DNA from: a virus
Taxonomy: Duplodnaviria; Caudoviricetes
Length of the DNA: 64,000 bases
Strand: one strand, 5' to 3'
Virus record (IMG/VR): IMGVR_UViG_3300030330_006619
Location: 126,094 to 190,093 of that record
The notes below the pieces were generated by a model. That model was not told where the DNA came from. It saw nothing but the letters and a program-made list of their open reading frames with translations, and ran no database searches. The translations under genes and the position numbers were made by a program. Below, piece by piece: positions 39,971-48,441 of this stretch (position 1 is its first letter; each line of letters starts with the position of its first letter).

Positions 39971-40193
39971 TGTATGTGAATGTCAAAGTGAAAAAGGAGA
40001 AATGTGTTCAAAAGAAAACTGCAGATACTGGATAGACTATCCGGAAGATAATAATTGTGTATTAGAGGCAGTCAGGAAACATGGGAACCTCACACTAGAC
40101 GAGTGCGCGAAAAGGCTAAAGATTTCTTTGGTCAGGGTTTCCCAGATAGAAAAACAGGCTTTAAAGAAGCTGTATAAAAGAATAAAAAAGTGA
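39963..40193 (+). CDS. sigma70 region-4-like HTH protein with Cys-rich N-terminus
   Basis: LTLDECAKRLKISLVRVSQIEKQALKKL. Confidence 0.75.
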   Translation: MSDVCECQSEKGEMCSKENCRYWIDYPEDNNCVLEAVRKHGNLTLDECAKRLKISLVRVSQIEKQALKKLYKRIKK

Positions 40194-40283
40194 CTTTTTT
40201 GAGCAAAAGTTACTATTTATATTTGTACTGTATTAGCATATGGGTCATGTTATAAATAATTATTTTAAAAGGAGAACAAAAAC

Positions 40284-40868
40284 ATGGGTACGAAGAACAA
40301 CAATTTACTGAAAGAGAACACCGTTAGAAGATTTATGAAACTTGCTAACGTGGGAACCTTTACAAACAACTTTGTTAATGAAAGATTTGCTGAGGATGAA
40401 GATCTTAACGAGAATGAAGAAGAGAACCTCGAAGAGCAGGATATGCCAGAGATGGACGAAGAACCAGAAGGCGAAGACGACATGGGAATGGACCAGAGTC
40501 CAGACATGGAGATGGACATGGGAGACGACATGGACATGGACGATGAGCCTGGCGATGCTGACATGAGTCTCACCGAAGAAGAAGCTGAGCTGCTTATTTC
40601 TTTGGGAGAAAGACTGAAGGCTGCAATGGAAGGCGACGCCGATGCCGGCGAAGAGATGGACGAGCCTATGGACGATATGCCCGCAGAAGACGACATGGGT
40701 GACCTGGGCGGAATGGAAGACGAAGAAGAAGAGCCAGCCCCAGGGGGAGGCCGCGCCTACTTACAGGAAGAAGATGACGATGAAGACCTAAAGAAAGAGT
40801 CGATAGTCAACGAAGTTCTTAAAAGAGTTACAAAGAGAATTGTCTCTGAAAACTTAAGAAGAAAGTAA
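40284..40868 (+). CDS. highly acidic protein, probable prohead core/scaffold or internal head protein
   Basis: D/E/M-rich; repeated (L/I/V)xE motifs; preceded by ACTATTTAT and followed by a terminator. Confidence 0.55.
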   Translation: MGTKNNNLLKENTVRRFMKLANVGTFTNNFVNERFAEDEDLNENEEENLEEQDMPEMDEEPEGEDDMGMDQSPDMEMDMGDDMDMDDEPGDADMSLTEEEAELLISLGERLKAAMEGDADAGEEMDEPMDDMPAEDDMGDLGGMEDEEEEPAPGGGRAYLQEEDDDEDLKKESIVNEVLKRVTKRIVSENLRRK

Positions 40869-40896
40869 AAATAGTATTTATATGCTGTACCCATTT

Positions 40897-40934
40897 AAAA
40901 AACCTCAAGACTCATAAATCTTGAGGTTTTTTTT
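40897..40934 (+). terminator. Rho-independent terminator
   Basis: AAAAAACCTCAAGA-loop-TCTTGAGGTTTTTTTT. Confidence 0.85.
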
Positions 40935-40999
40935 GTTGATTTTATTATCAAATAGTGGTAACATTAGTTACTGCATTCATAAGACGAGAAAGGTAAAAT

Positions 41000-41695
41000 A
41001 TGACTCAAAGGATCGCCACCAACAAAACAAAATCTAAGCCTAAAAAAGCAAAAGAAAAAACAAAAAATAAAAAGAAAAAAGACAACCAGATCGTTGTCGT
41101 CAACAATATTCAACAGCCATCCGCCCCAGAGAGTGATCTAAGAACCATAAACTTATATGGTGACATCACAGAACAGAAAGGCTCGGAAGTTGTCGCAGGT
41201 CTAGTTTATTTAGAAAACAACTCACACGTAGTTTCTGAAGATCTGACAACAGAAGATGATGAGCCCATTGTGGTAGCGAGAGATATTTCTATGATAATCT
41301 CAACCAATGGTGGCATTGCATCTGATATGTTCTCTATTTTAGATATGATGGATGTTATAAAAGACAGAACGTGTGACATTGAAACAATCGGAATAGGAAA
41401 GGTCATGTCCGCCGGCGTCCCAATCCTAGCTGCTGGTACCCACGGAAAGAGAAAGATAGGTAAAAACTGTAGAATCATGTTACACAATGTTCTAGCTGGG
41501 TCTAGTGGTACCATCTTTTCCATGGAAAACGAACTAGAGGAAATAAAGTGGGTACAGGACAGATACATCGATTGCCTCGCAAGCTACACAAAGCTAACAA
41601 AAGCAAAAATCAAAAAATTATTAAAAACTCAGAAAGATATTTACATATCTGCGGAGGAGGCAATTAAAATGGGAATTGCAGACAAAATTATCTAA
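41000..41695 (+). CDS. clpP: ClpP-like protease
   Basis: INLYGDI, ISTNGG, catalytic Ser (VMSAG), His (IMLHN), Asp (KDIYISAEEA..MG.AD). Confidence 0.85.
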   Translation: MTQRIATNKTKSKPKKAKEKTKNKKKKDNQIVVVNNIQQPSAPESDLRTINLYGDITEQKGSEVVAGLVYLENNSHVVSEDLTTEDDEPIVVARDISMIISTNGGIASDMFSILDMMDVIKDRTCDIETIGIGKVMSAGVPILAAGTHGKRKIGKNCRIMLHNVLAGSSGTIFSMENELEEIKWVQDRYIDCLASYTKLTKAKIKKLLKTQKDIYISAEEAIKMGIADKII

Positions 41696-41714
41696 TTACT
41701 AACGGGAGTTTATT

Positions 41715-43559
41715 ATGTCTTGGCACGAAAAATATTTATCAAAGAATAATAAAAAACAATCTGTCTCAACTGTGGGCGATCTTTTCAGCTTGATTGAGGA
41801 AGTTTATGAAGTAAAAAAGGGCTCACTCTTTAAGCAAACAAAAGACACGCTTGGGACCTTAAGAGAACAGTTTCTCAACGAAGAGAAGGAGATGACTTTA
41901 ACTCTACAAGCCATACCTGAAATAGCGGTATCTGAGCTTGGTTGGACTGATGTATCAGGCGAAACCGGCTCCGAAATAGAGGGCCCAGAGAGACAAAGAC
42001 TTAGTCAATTCCTTGCAAATATTGAGGGCTCTAACTTTGTCGAGAAGGTCGCCTCACTAGAGAGGTTCTATCAGGATCCTGATGGGGCTATGTCAATGAT
42101 GTTCCCAGAGGGTGAAGCGACCAGCGCTGCAGAGCAAATTAAAGTTGCATTATCTTATATGGTGTTTTTCAAGACTCTAACAAAAGTTATTTCTAACTTT
42201 AATGCCGCCTCAGCCGGCTTTAACTTTGAAGCTTTTTTGGCTGTTCTTGCAGGAGGGTTTCAGGTCCCCGCGAATAAAGGCACTATTGCGGACTTTGTAA
42301 GCAGGTCAGAAGGGAAAGAGGTACCAATTAGTCTCAAGCTATATGGAGAAGGGCATCTTCACGTTGGAGGCAGTTTCACAGATCTAGTAAACGATCTTGT
42401 ATCTCCGCAGTATGATGCACCAATGATGAGATACATTGCGTGTACCAAAAAATTCGAAGATGACAAAAAGGCAGGCCTTGATATAAATGGTAAAATAAAA
42501 TTTATGAGATTTGACTTTACATTGCAGAATATAATGAACTGCATGGCAATCTCCTCGAAGAAATCAAAAAATAACGCGCTCCTGGCAGCAGAATTTATCC
42601 GAAGAGTAGAAGCCGGAGAAGAAGACATTGATTACCGCTCTGGCCTCCCGGGCATAAACCTTCCATCAACTCAGGAACTTGAGGGCGAGTTCATTGAAGA
42701 AATGAAAGACATTCTGGGAGGAAGGTTTACAGACGAGCAAATAAATTATTTTATAGAACTCATTGGCTGGTCTAAAAATGATGCGCCATTTGTCCCTATA
42801 GATGTGGTTGACTACGATGAGACAGGGACAAAGTTTGTGACACCAACAGTTATTCGAGGGCAATCCCCTATACCATCTAGCAACAGAGGAAAGGCAGAAA
42901 ATCGAGAAAAGTTTCAATCTTTAGTGAAGATGGTGGCTGCAAACATGCCAGAGGACTTACAACCAGCAGAGGGTGCCTCTCAGAAAGATTTGAAAGCTTT
43001 TAATAGGACAGTGACTTTTGTGGCTCAAAGTTATGGTGCTGCCAATAACCGAATCCTTGCACGCTACAATATAGCAGAACTAAATAAGGAGCGAGATGCG
43101 ATTCTTGTGGATGCATTTGATGGTGTAACTCTTGAAAGATCACTAGAAATTTACAACAGCCTAGCCGGCGACCCCGAAAAACAAAAGATTGCACTACAAA
43201 ACTCTTTCGGCTATCTCAATAGAAAGCAATTTAATCTAATCCAAAGCGCTGTGGAAAACCTCAATAAGCTTGTAGACCCAAACACTCCAGTTTTACCAGA
43301 GGGTCAATCTAGTGTCGTCTTTGGCGTTATCGAAGTCGGAGCTAGAAACACACAAAGCATGTTGAATAGAATGACCTCAATATTAAATGAATCACTGTTC
43401 GATATATTCTTGAATGTTAAATCAATACAGGACAATACCTACTCCTATGTTGCTGGAGGTATGTCTGAGGATGAAAAAGCCAACGAAGCCATCACAGCAT
43501 CTTCAAATGTCATAACCAAGACTATGGAACTTAAATCTGCCCGGGCACAAGAAAAATAA
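41715..43559 (+). CDS. hypothetical protein, probable virion/internal protein
   Basis: 614 aa; AGFNFEAFLA..D...ISLKL resembles a PD-(D/E)xK-like pattern; preceded by a late-type motif. Confidence 0.55.
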   Translation: MSWHEKYLSKNNKKQSVSTVGDLFSLIEEVYEVKKGSLFKQTKDTLGTLREQFLNEEKEMTLTLQAIPEIAVSELGWTDVSGETGSEIEGPERQRLSQFLANIEGSNFVEKVASLERFYQDPDGAMSMMFPEGEATSAAEQIKVALSYMVFFKTLTKVISNFNAASAGFNFEAFLAVLAGGFQVPANKGTIADFVSRSEGKEVPISLKLYGEGHLHVGGSFTDLVNDLVSPQYDAPMMRYIACTKKFEDDKKAGLDINGKIKFMRFDFTLQNIMNCMAISSKKSKNNALLAAEFIRRVEAGEEDIDYRSGLPGINLPSTQELEGEFIEEMKDILGGRFTDEQINYFIELIGWSKNDAPFVPIDVVDYDETGTKFVTPTVIRGQSPIPSSNRGKAENREKFQSLVKMVAANMPEDLQPAEGASQKDLKAFNRTVTFVAQSYGAANNRILARYNIAELNKERDAILVDAFDGVTLERSLEIYNSLAGDPEKQKIALQNSFGYLNRKQFNLIQSAVENLNKLVDPNTPVLPEGQSSVVFGVIEVGARNTQSMLNRMTSILNESLFDIFLNVKSIQDNTYSYVAGGMSEDEKANEAITASSNVITKTMELKSARAQEK

Positions 43560-43568
43560 ACAAACCCC

Positions 43569-43596
43569 TTGACAAATCTCAAAAGTGTGCTATTAT
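43569..43596 (+). promoter_or_regulatory. sigma70-type promoter
   Basis: TTGACA-16-TATTAT upstream of groEL. Confidence 0.65.
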
Positions 43597-43622
43597 ATAA
43601 ATATCAATGAAAGCGAGGCACA

Positions 43623-45191
43623 ATGACCACACAACTAAGCCATGGAACTGAACTCCGCAATAAGGTTCTCGAAGGCGTAAACACTCTTGCGGATTACGTT
43701 GCTATTACACTTGGCCCAAAAGGGCAAAATGTCCTGATCCAACAAAAAGGTAAAAGACCCTTTGTCACAAAAGACGGTGTCACTGTGGCACAAAATATGT
43801 CTTTTGAAGATCCACATGTTAACGCTGGAGCGGAAGTGGTAAAGCAGGTCTCTGCAATGACAAATGCTGAAGCGGGTGACGGCACCACGACAAGTACTGT
43901 GTTAGCCGCAGAAATACTGAACCAGTCCCACAAACATATCATGGCTGGTGTATCTCCTATTGAGCTGAAGCGTGGCCTTGAGATGTGCTTAGAACAGTCA
44001 ATTAACATTCTGAAAAGCAAATCAAAAGACGTTTCTTCAAACGAAGATATAAAGCATATTGCTACTATCTCGTCTAATAATGATACGGTTATCGGAGAGT
44101 TGATTTCTACAGCTGTTGATAAGGTAGGGAAAAATGGCTCAATCACCATTGAGGAAGCAAGGTCTTTAGAAACTAGCTTAGACTTGGTAGAAGGTTTTCG
44201 GATTGATACTGGTTATGTTGCGACTGCTTTTGTGACAGACGAAAGAAGACAAGTATGTAGGTACGAAAACCCTATGTTTATGATTACAGACAGCAAGATA
44301 GATAATATTGCAGATATCCTGCCCGCACTGGAAATTGCGGCAAGAGAAGGTAGGCCTTTTGTTATTGTTGCCGATGAGGTCGAAGGTCAGGCACTGGCAG
44401 CCCTCATAATGAACTCTATCAGAGGAACAATGAAAGTTGCTGCAATTAAAGCGCCAAGGTATGGCGAAGAAAGAAGATCTATTTTAGACGATCTTTCGCT
44501 AGCAACTGGAGCAAAATTCTTTCAGCAATCCCGCGGCGATAAATTAACTGACGTATCTTTAGTTGATTTTGGTTCATCAAGTAGTGTTGAGGTTTCGAAG
44601 AATCAAACCACTATTGTGGGAGGTGAAGGCAATTATACTCTCGTTGATGAAAGAATAGAATCGCTAAAGCAGGAAGTCAGGTCCACTGAAGATATTAGAC
44701 AGGCTTCTAGAATCCAAGAGAGGGTAACGAGGCTTTCTTCTGGTGTTGCAATCGTCAGGGTCGGCGCTTCATCGGAAGTTGAAATGATAGAGAAGAAGCA
44801 TAGAATCGAAGACGCCCTTGAGGCTGTGAGATCAGCACAACAGGAGGGGGTGGTCCCAGGTGGTGGGACAACTATGCTGGCTATTGCAAAAGAGCTAGCA
44901 CCAAATTTTGAAACAGAGGAACAATCGTTAGCTTTAGCCATTTTTAAGTCAGCACTCGAAGCCCCATTTAAGAAAATGGCCATAAATTCGGGAATGTCTC
45001 CAGATGTTACAATGTGGTGTACTACCTCGATGAAAGACGGTGAGGGGTATGACTTTTCGAATGGGGAAAGGGTAAACCTCCTGCAGAAGGGAATAATCGA
45101 CCCAGCGAAAGTGACCAGATGTGCCATTAAGAATGCTGTATCGGTAGCGGCTACACTTTTATTGACCAATCACAGTATTGTGATCAATTGA
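43623..45191 (+). CDS. groEL: chaperonin GroEL
   Basis: TLGPKG, TKDGVTVA, AGDGTTT, GVVPGGG, GIIDPAKV; lacks the GGM tail. Confidence 0.95.
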   Translation: MTTQLSHGTELRNKVLEGVNTLADYVAITLGPKGQNVLIQQKGKRPFVTKDGVTVAQNMSFEDPHVNAGAEVVKQVSAMTNAEAGDGTTTSTVLAAEILNQSHKHIMAGVSPIELKRGLEMCLEQSINILKSKSKDVSSNEDIKHIATISSNNDTVIGELISTAVDKVGKNGSITIEEARSLETSLDLVEGFRIDTGYVATAFVTDERRQVCRYENPMFMITDSKIDNIADILPALEIAAREGRPFVIVADEVEGQALAALIMNSIRGTMKVAAIKAPRYGEERRSILDDLSLATGAKFFQQSRGDKLTDVSLVDFGSSSSVEVSKNQTTIVGGEGNYTLVDERIESLKQEVRSTEDIRQASRIQERVTRLSSGVAIVRVGASSEVEMIEKKHRIEDALEAVRSAQQEGVVPGGGTTMLAIAKELAPNFETEEQSLALAIFKSALEAPFKKMAINSGMSPDVTMWCTTSMKDGEGYDFSNGERVNLLQKGIIDPAKVTRCAIKNAVSVAATLLLTNHSIVIN

Positions 45192-45223
45192 GTTACTAAT
45201 TATAATCATGGAGGGCCCCAATT

Positions 45224-45493
45224 ATGTCCGGTGATCATGAATACATTTTAGAATTGCAAAGTAAGTTAGATAAAGTCTGTAACGGCATTGATATGATGCA
45301 AGGCAAACAAGAAGAAATGTCTGATCATATTGCTAAAATAAAAGAGGCAGTTTACAATCCAGACCAAGGCTTATACGCTAGGCTTCGAGAGTTAGAAACT
45401 TGGAAGCAAACATCCTCAAGAATGATATGGACACTGTTTACAACAGTAGTCGGACTCATAGGTGCTTTTATATTAAAAAACTTTGGATCTTAA
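45224..45493 (+). CDS. coiled-coil protein with a single C-terminal TM helix (XhlA/holin-like)
   Basis: Heptad N-terminus, RLRELE, hydrophobic WTLFTTVVGLIGAFIL. Confidence 0.55.
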   Translation: MSGDHEYILELQSKLDKVCNGIDMMQGKQEEMSDHIAKIKEAVYNPDQGLYARLRELETWKQTSSRMIWTLFTTVVGLIGAFILKNFGS

Positions 45494-45518
45494 GATATTA
45501 TATGGATAAAGGAAAGTT

Positions 45519-45803
45519 ATGTTAGTTGAAATAAAAAAATTGTCAATTCAAAATTTGGGACACAAAAGACATATACAGGAGCAAAAGGTATATATTAATT
45601 CTGAAAATGTAGTTTCAGTAGTGGATTACGAAGGTGTGTTACCTTTTTTAGTTAGTGAAAATTCAAAGTATGCAAAAAACAAATTCTCACTGATTAAAAT
45701 AAGCACTGGCTCTTCAGTAGAAGAGATCATAGCAATCGGCACTTCAGAACAAGTATTCACTGTCCTACAGGGTACCTCGCGAAAGCAGGTACTACATGAT
45801 TAG
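45519..45803 (+). CDS. hypothetical protein
   Basis: ORF with RBS AAGGA; VYINSENVVSV. Confidence 0.6.
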   Translation: MLVEIKKLSIQNLGHKRHIQEQKVYINSENVVSVVDYEGVLPFLVSENSKYAKNKFSLIKISTGSSVEEIIAIGTSEQVFTVLQGTSRKQVLHD

Positions 45804-46347
45804 AATTTCTATTTTATTGCTTGTTTATATATTTCCTTCACTCTGCACTGCAGAGACCTGTGCAAAATCACCTCAAGAGTTTAAAAGGGAGGTCCTACCT
45901 ATTTTATTCTCAAGTAAAGAGAAGCCTGTGTCTCTAGCCGCCTCCATGGACTTTGATACAATCTCCCGCCGAGCGCTTTCAAAAAAAACAATGACTACAA
46001 TATCTGAAGAAAACTTCAATGAATTTAAAAATACACTGGAGACTTTGTTGATGGCTGGTTTTTTGAAAAAATTGTCAACTTTCGAGAAGCCAAGCCTAGA
46101 GTACAGCTTTGTCAATGTGAACCATTTTAATATTGGAGGAGAAGTATCTTCAGGCAACTCCTTATCGGAGTTAAGTCTAGAAGTGCATAAAGGTCAAGAA
46201 GGCTGCTGGAAAATCGTAGATATTGTGATTGACGAGGTAAGTATGGTCGACAACTACAGGGAGCAGTTTCAGTCGATTATATCAAAACATGACTTTGTAA
46301 CGTTGTTAACAAAAATGAAAACTAAACTTAAAACATTGAGGTCTTAA
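45796..46347 (+). CDS. MlaC/Ttg2D-like periplasmic phospholipid-binding protein
   Basis: Signal peptide; MDFDTISRRAL; WKIVDIVIDEVSMVDNYREQFQSII. Confidence 0.75.
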   Translation: MIRISILLLVYIFPSLCTAETCAKSPQEFKREVLPILFSSKEKPVSLAASMDFDTISRRALSKKTMTTISEENFNEFKNTLETLLMAGFLKKLSTFEKPSLEYSFVNVNHFNIGGEVSSGNSLSELSLEVHKGQEGCWKIVDIVIDEVSMVDNYREQFQSIISKHDFVTLLTKMKTKLKTLRS

Positions 46348-46348
46348 C

Positions 46349-46933
46349 ATGAAAGGCACACTTTTTTGCTTGCTAATAACAATAACTATTTTTCCGTCCC
46401 TAGTCCTATCAGAGACACCTAACGCTATAAAATTAAAGACTAAAAAAGAACAGATGTCTTCTTACAGCAGCATTACGCCGAGTTCGAAAATCAAGACCGG
46501 GCATGCCGTTGCAATTATTAATTCTAATTCCGCGGACTTATTGGAGATACTAACAGACTACAGTGAATACAATAAGTTTTTACCATTTATAACAAGCTCT
46601 AGATTTTTATCTTCATCTGGTGACTTACATCGCTTTTCTGTAAAGGCAGAGATATTACATGGAACGGTTTCAATTGCAGCCATTTTACAATCAAGGGTAA
46701 AGAAGTCGGATAAAAGCGTTAACATAAGCCTCATCAAGGGAGACTTAAAAGAATTGAGCATTTCTTTTAGGGCTGAACGCTTAACAGATAAAACAAGCGT
46801 ACTCTTCTTGTCATTCTTGGTTGATCCTGACTTGTGGTTTGTTAGGGATAAAACGATTTCTAGATACAATCAAGTAAACGCCCGTAGAATTGTCCGCGCG
46901 CTTAGAGACTATATTGGAGAAAAGCAAACATGA
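46349..46933 (+). CDS. secreted SRPBCC/START-family protein
   Basis: Signal peptide; ILTDYSEYNKFLPFI; LIKGDLK. Confidence 0.6.
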   Translation: MKGTLFCLLITITIFPSLVLSETPNAIKLKTKKEQMSSYSSITPSSKIKTGHAVAIINSNSADLLEILTDYSEYNKFLPFITSSRFLSSSGDLHRFSVKAEILHGTVSIAAILQSRVKKSDKSVNISLIKGDLKELSISFRAERLTDKTSVLFLSFLVDPDLWFVRDKTISRYNQVNARRIVRALRDYIGEKQT

Positions 46934-47187
46934 AAGATAATAGAATTATAATTTTTGGAAGAAAAACTTGTGTTTTCTGTGTTTATTCGGTAGATTTTTG
47001 TGAGGCTAAAGGCATTAGATATGATTTTTTAGACTATTACAATAAACCTGAAATCTTAGAAGATTACAAAGATTTTTATAATCAGAAAACAGTACCGATA
47101 ATCTTAGCAAATTGTTTAGATACTGGTGTGACAAAAAAGGTGGGAGGCTATCAAGACCTTCTGGAATACTTTAAAGATGAACAATAG
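46930..47187 (+). CDS. glutaredoxin
   Basis: CVFC, TVPII, VGGYQDL. Confidence 0.85.
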   Translation: MKDNRIIIFGRKTCVFCVYSVDFCEAKGIRYDFLDYYNKPEILEDYKDFYNQKTVPIILANCLDTGVTKKVGGYQDLLEYFKDEQ

Positions 47188-47512
47188 CACAGTACCAGTA
47201 AAGGTGCCTGTCCTTGAAATAATCTACAAGGCCATGTTACCAACACACTTCAGACTTGAAACGCTCCTTTTAGATGCGCTGTCGGAACACTACAAAATCT
47301 CTGCGACAGAGAAGTCACTATTATGTGATGTATATGCATCGTCAATAGCACTGAAATCTATTCTAGAAGATTGCTTAGAGGAAGCAAAAGAAAACAACAC
47401 CAAGTCTCTGACTTTATCAAATAAAGAATTTCAAACTATTATTAGCCTTGCGAAGATTCTAGAAAATGCCAGCAGAACACAAATACACCTTACTCCACTC
47501 TGGGCGCATTGA
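47177..47512 (+). CDS. hypothetical protein
   Basis: ORF overlapping both neighbours in operon fashion. Confidence 0.6.
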   Translation: MNNSTVPVKVPVLEIIYKAMLPTHFRLETLLLDALSEHYKISATEKSLLCDVYASSIALKSILEDCLEEAKENNTKSLTLSNKEFQTIISLAKILENASRTQIHLTPLWAH

Positions 47513-47850
47513 TGAACATTTACATAGGAATATTCCTATTTTTTTTAGGGCAAGTTCTTGGGTGGTTTCACATGAACGCGCAATTCTTGTCCGACTGGTG
47601 GAAAGGCAAACCTTTTGTGTCGGCTGTCCTAATAGGGCTACCCACATCAATAGCTTTTTGGTACGCCTGGAAGATGATAGCAGATGAGACAGGTTCGGTT
47701 TGGTCCGCCAGGTTTATAGGTTCGTCAACTGGATTGATACTATTCCCCATACTGACTTGGTGCCTGCTGGGGGAGTCGATGTTTACAGCAAAGACAATGA
47801 TTTGCTTTTTTCTAGCAGTTCTCATAATGATAATTCAAATATTTTGGTAA
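47509..47850 (+). CDS. small 4-TM membrane protein (SMR/DMT-like)
   Basis: Four hydrophobic segments; LLGE motif before the last helix. Confidence 0.6.
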   Translation: MMNIYIGIFLFFLGQVLGWFHMNAQFLSDWWKGKPFVSAVLIGLPTSIAFWYAWKMIADETGSVWSARFIGSSTGLILFPILTWCLLGESMFTAKTMICFFLAVLIMIIQIFW

Positions 47851-47867
47851 TTATTTTTTAAAATCAC

Positions 47868-47896
47868 TTGACTTATATCGTATTGGTGATTATCAT
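47868..47896 (+). promoter_or_regulatory. sigma70-type promoter of hsp20
   Basis: TTGACT-17-TATCAT. Confidence 0.65.
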
Positions 47897-47902
47897 AATA
47901 AT

Positions 47903-47968
47903 AGAACAAAATTGCCAGAAGGGATTTTGTTTTAATGTAACTTGCTTAATAAGGAGGAAAACACAATG
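47903..47968 (+). promoter_or_regulatory. ROSE-like RNA thermometer in the hsp20 5' UTR
   Basis: Hairpin 1 AGAACAAAAT/ATTTTGTTTT; hairpin 2 CTTGCTT-AAT-AAGGAG sequesters the SD with a bulged G. Confidence 0.65.
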
Positions 47969-48391
47969 AATGCAATTACTACATACCGCCCAGGTTTATT
48001 AGGGCACAAAGTTATTAACGAGGTCTTTGATAATTTTTTCAACGACTTCCCTACTCACCTTAAGGCATCTACGCAGGGTTATCCTGTTGCCGACATTTAT
48101 CGAGATGATGATGGTTCTACCGTGCTAGAGTTTGCTTTAGCTGGATTTAAAAAGAAAGAATTGTCTATTGATATACAGCCTGACAAGAGATCCATTACCA
48201 TTATTGGTAAAGCTGGTGACGGCAATTCCAAGCGTCAGCGCATTGCAAGAAGAAACTTTACAAGAACTTATGTAAACTATGATAACAACTTGGACTTATC
48301 AAACGCAAAGGCCAAGTTTGAAAACGGTCTTTTGACTGTCAGAGTTCCACAAAGACCAGAGGTAAAGCCAGTTTCTATTTCTATTGAATAA
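47966..48391 (+). CDS. small heat shock protein Hsp20
   Basis: YPVADI, EFALAGF, IARRNF.R, AKFENGLL.V..P, C-terminal IxI. Confidence 0.92.
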   Translation: MNAITTYRPGLLGHKVINEVFDNFFNDFPTHLKASTQGYPVADIYRDDDGSTVLEFALAGFKKKELSIDIQPDKRSITIIGKAGDGNSKRQRIARRNFTRTYVNYDNNLDLSNAKAKFENGLLTVRVPQRPEVKPVSISIE

Positions 48392-48441
48392 AACAAACGC
48401 CTTAGCTTCCACTTGACTATTTATAATAAAAGGTTTTATCT

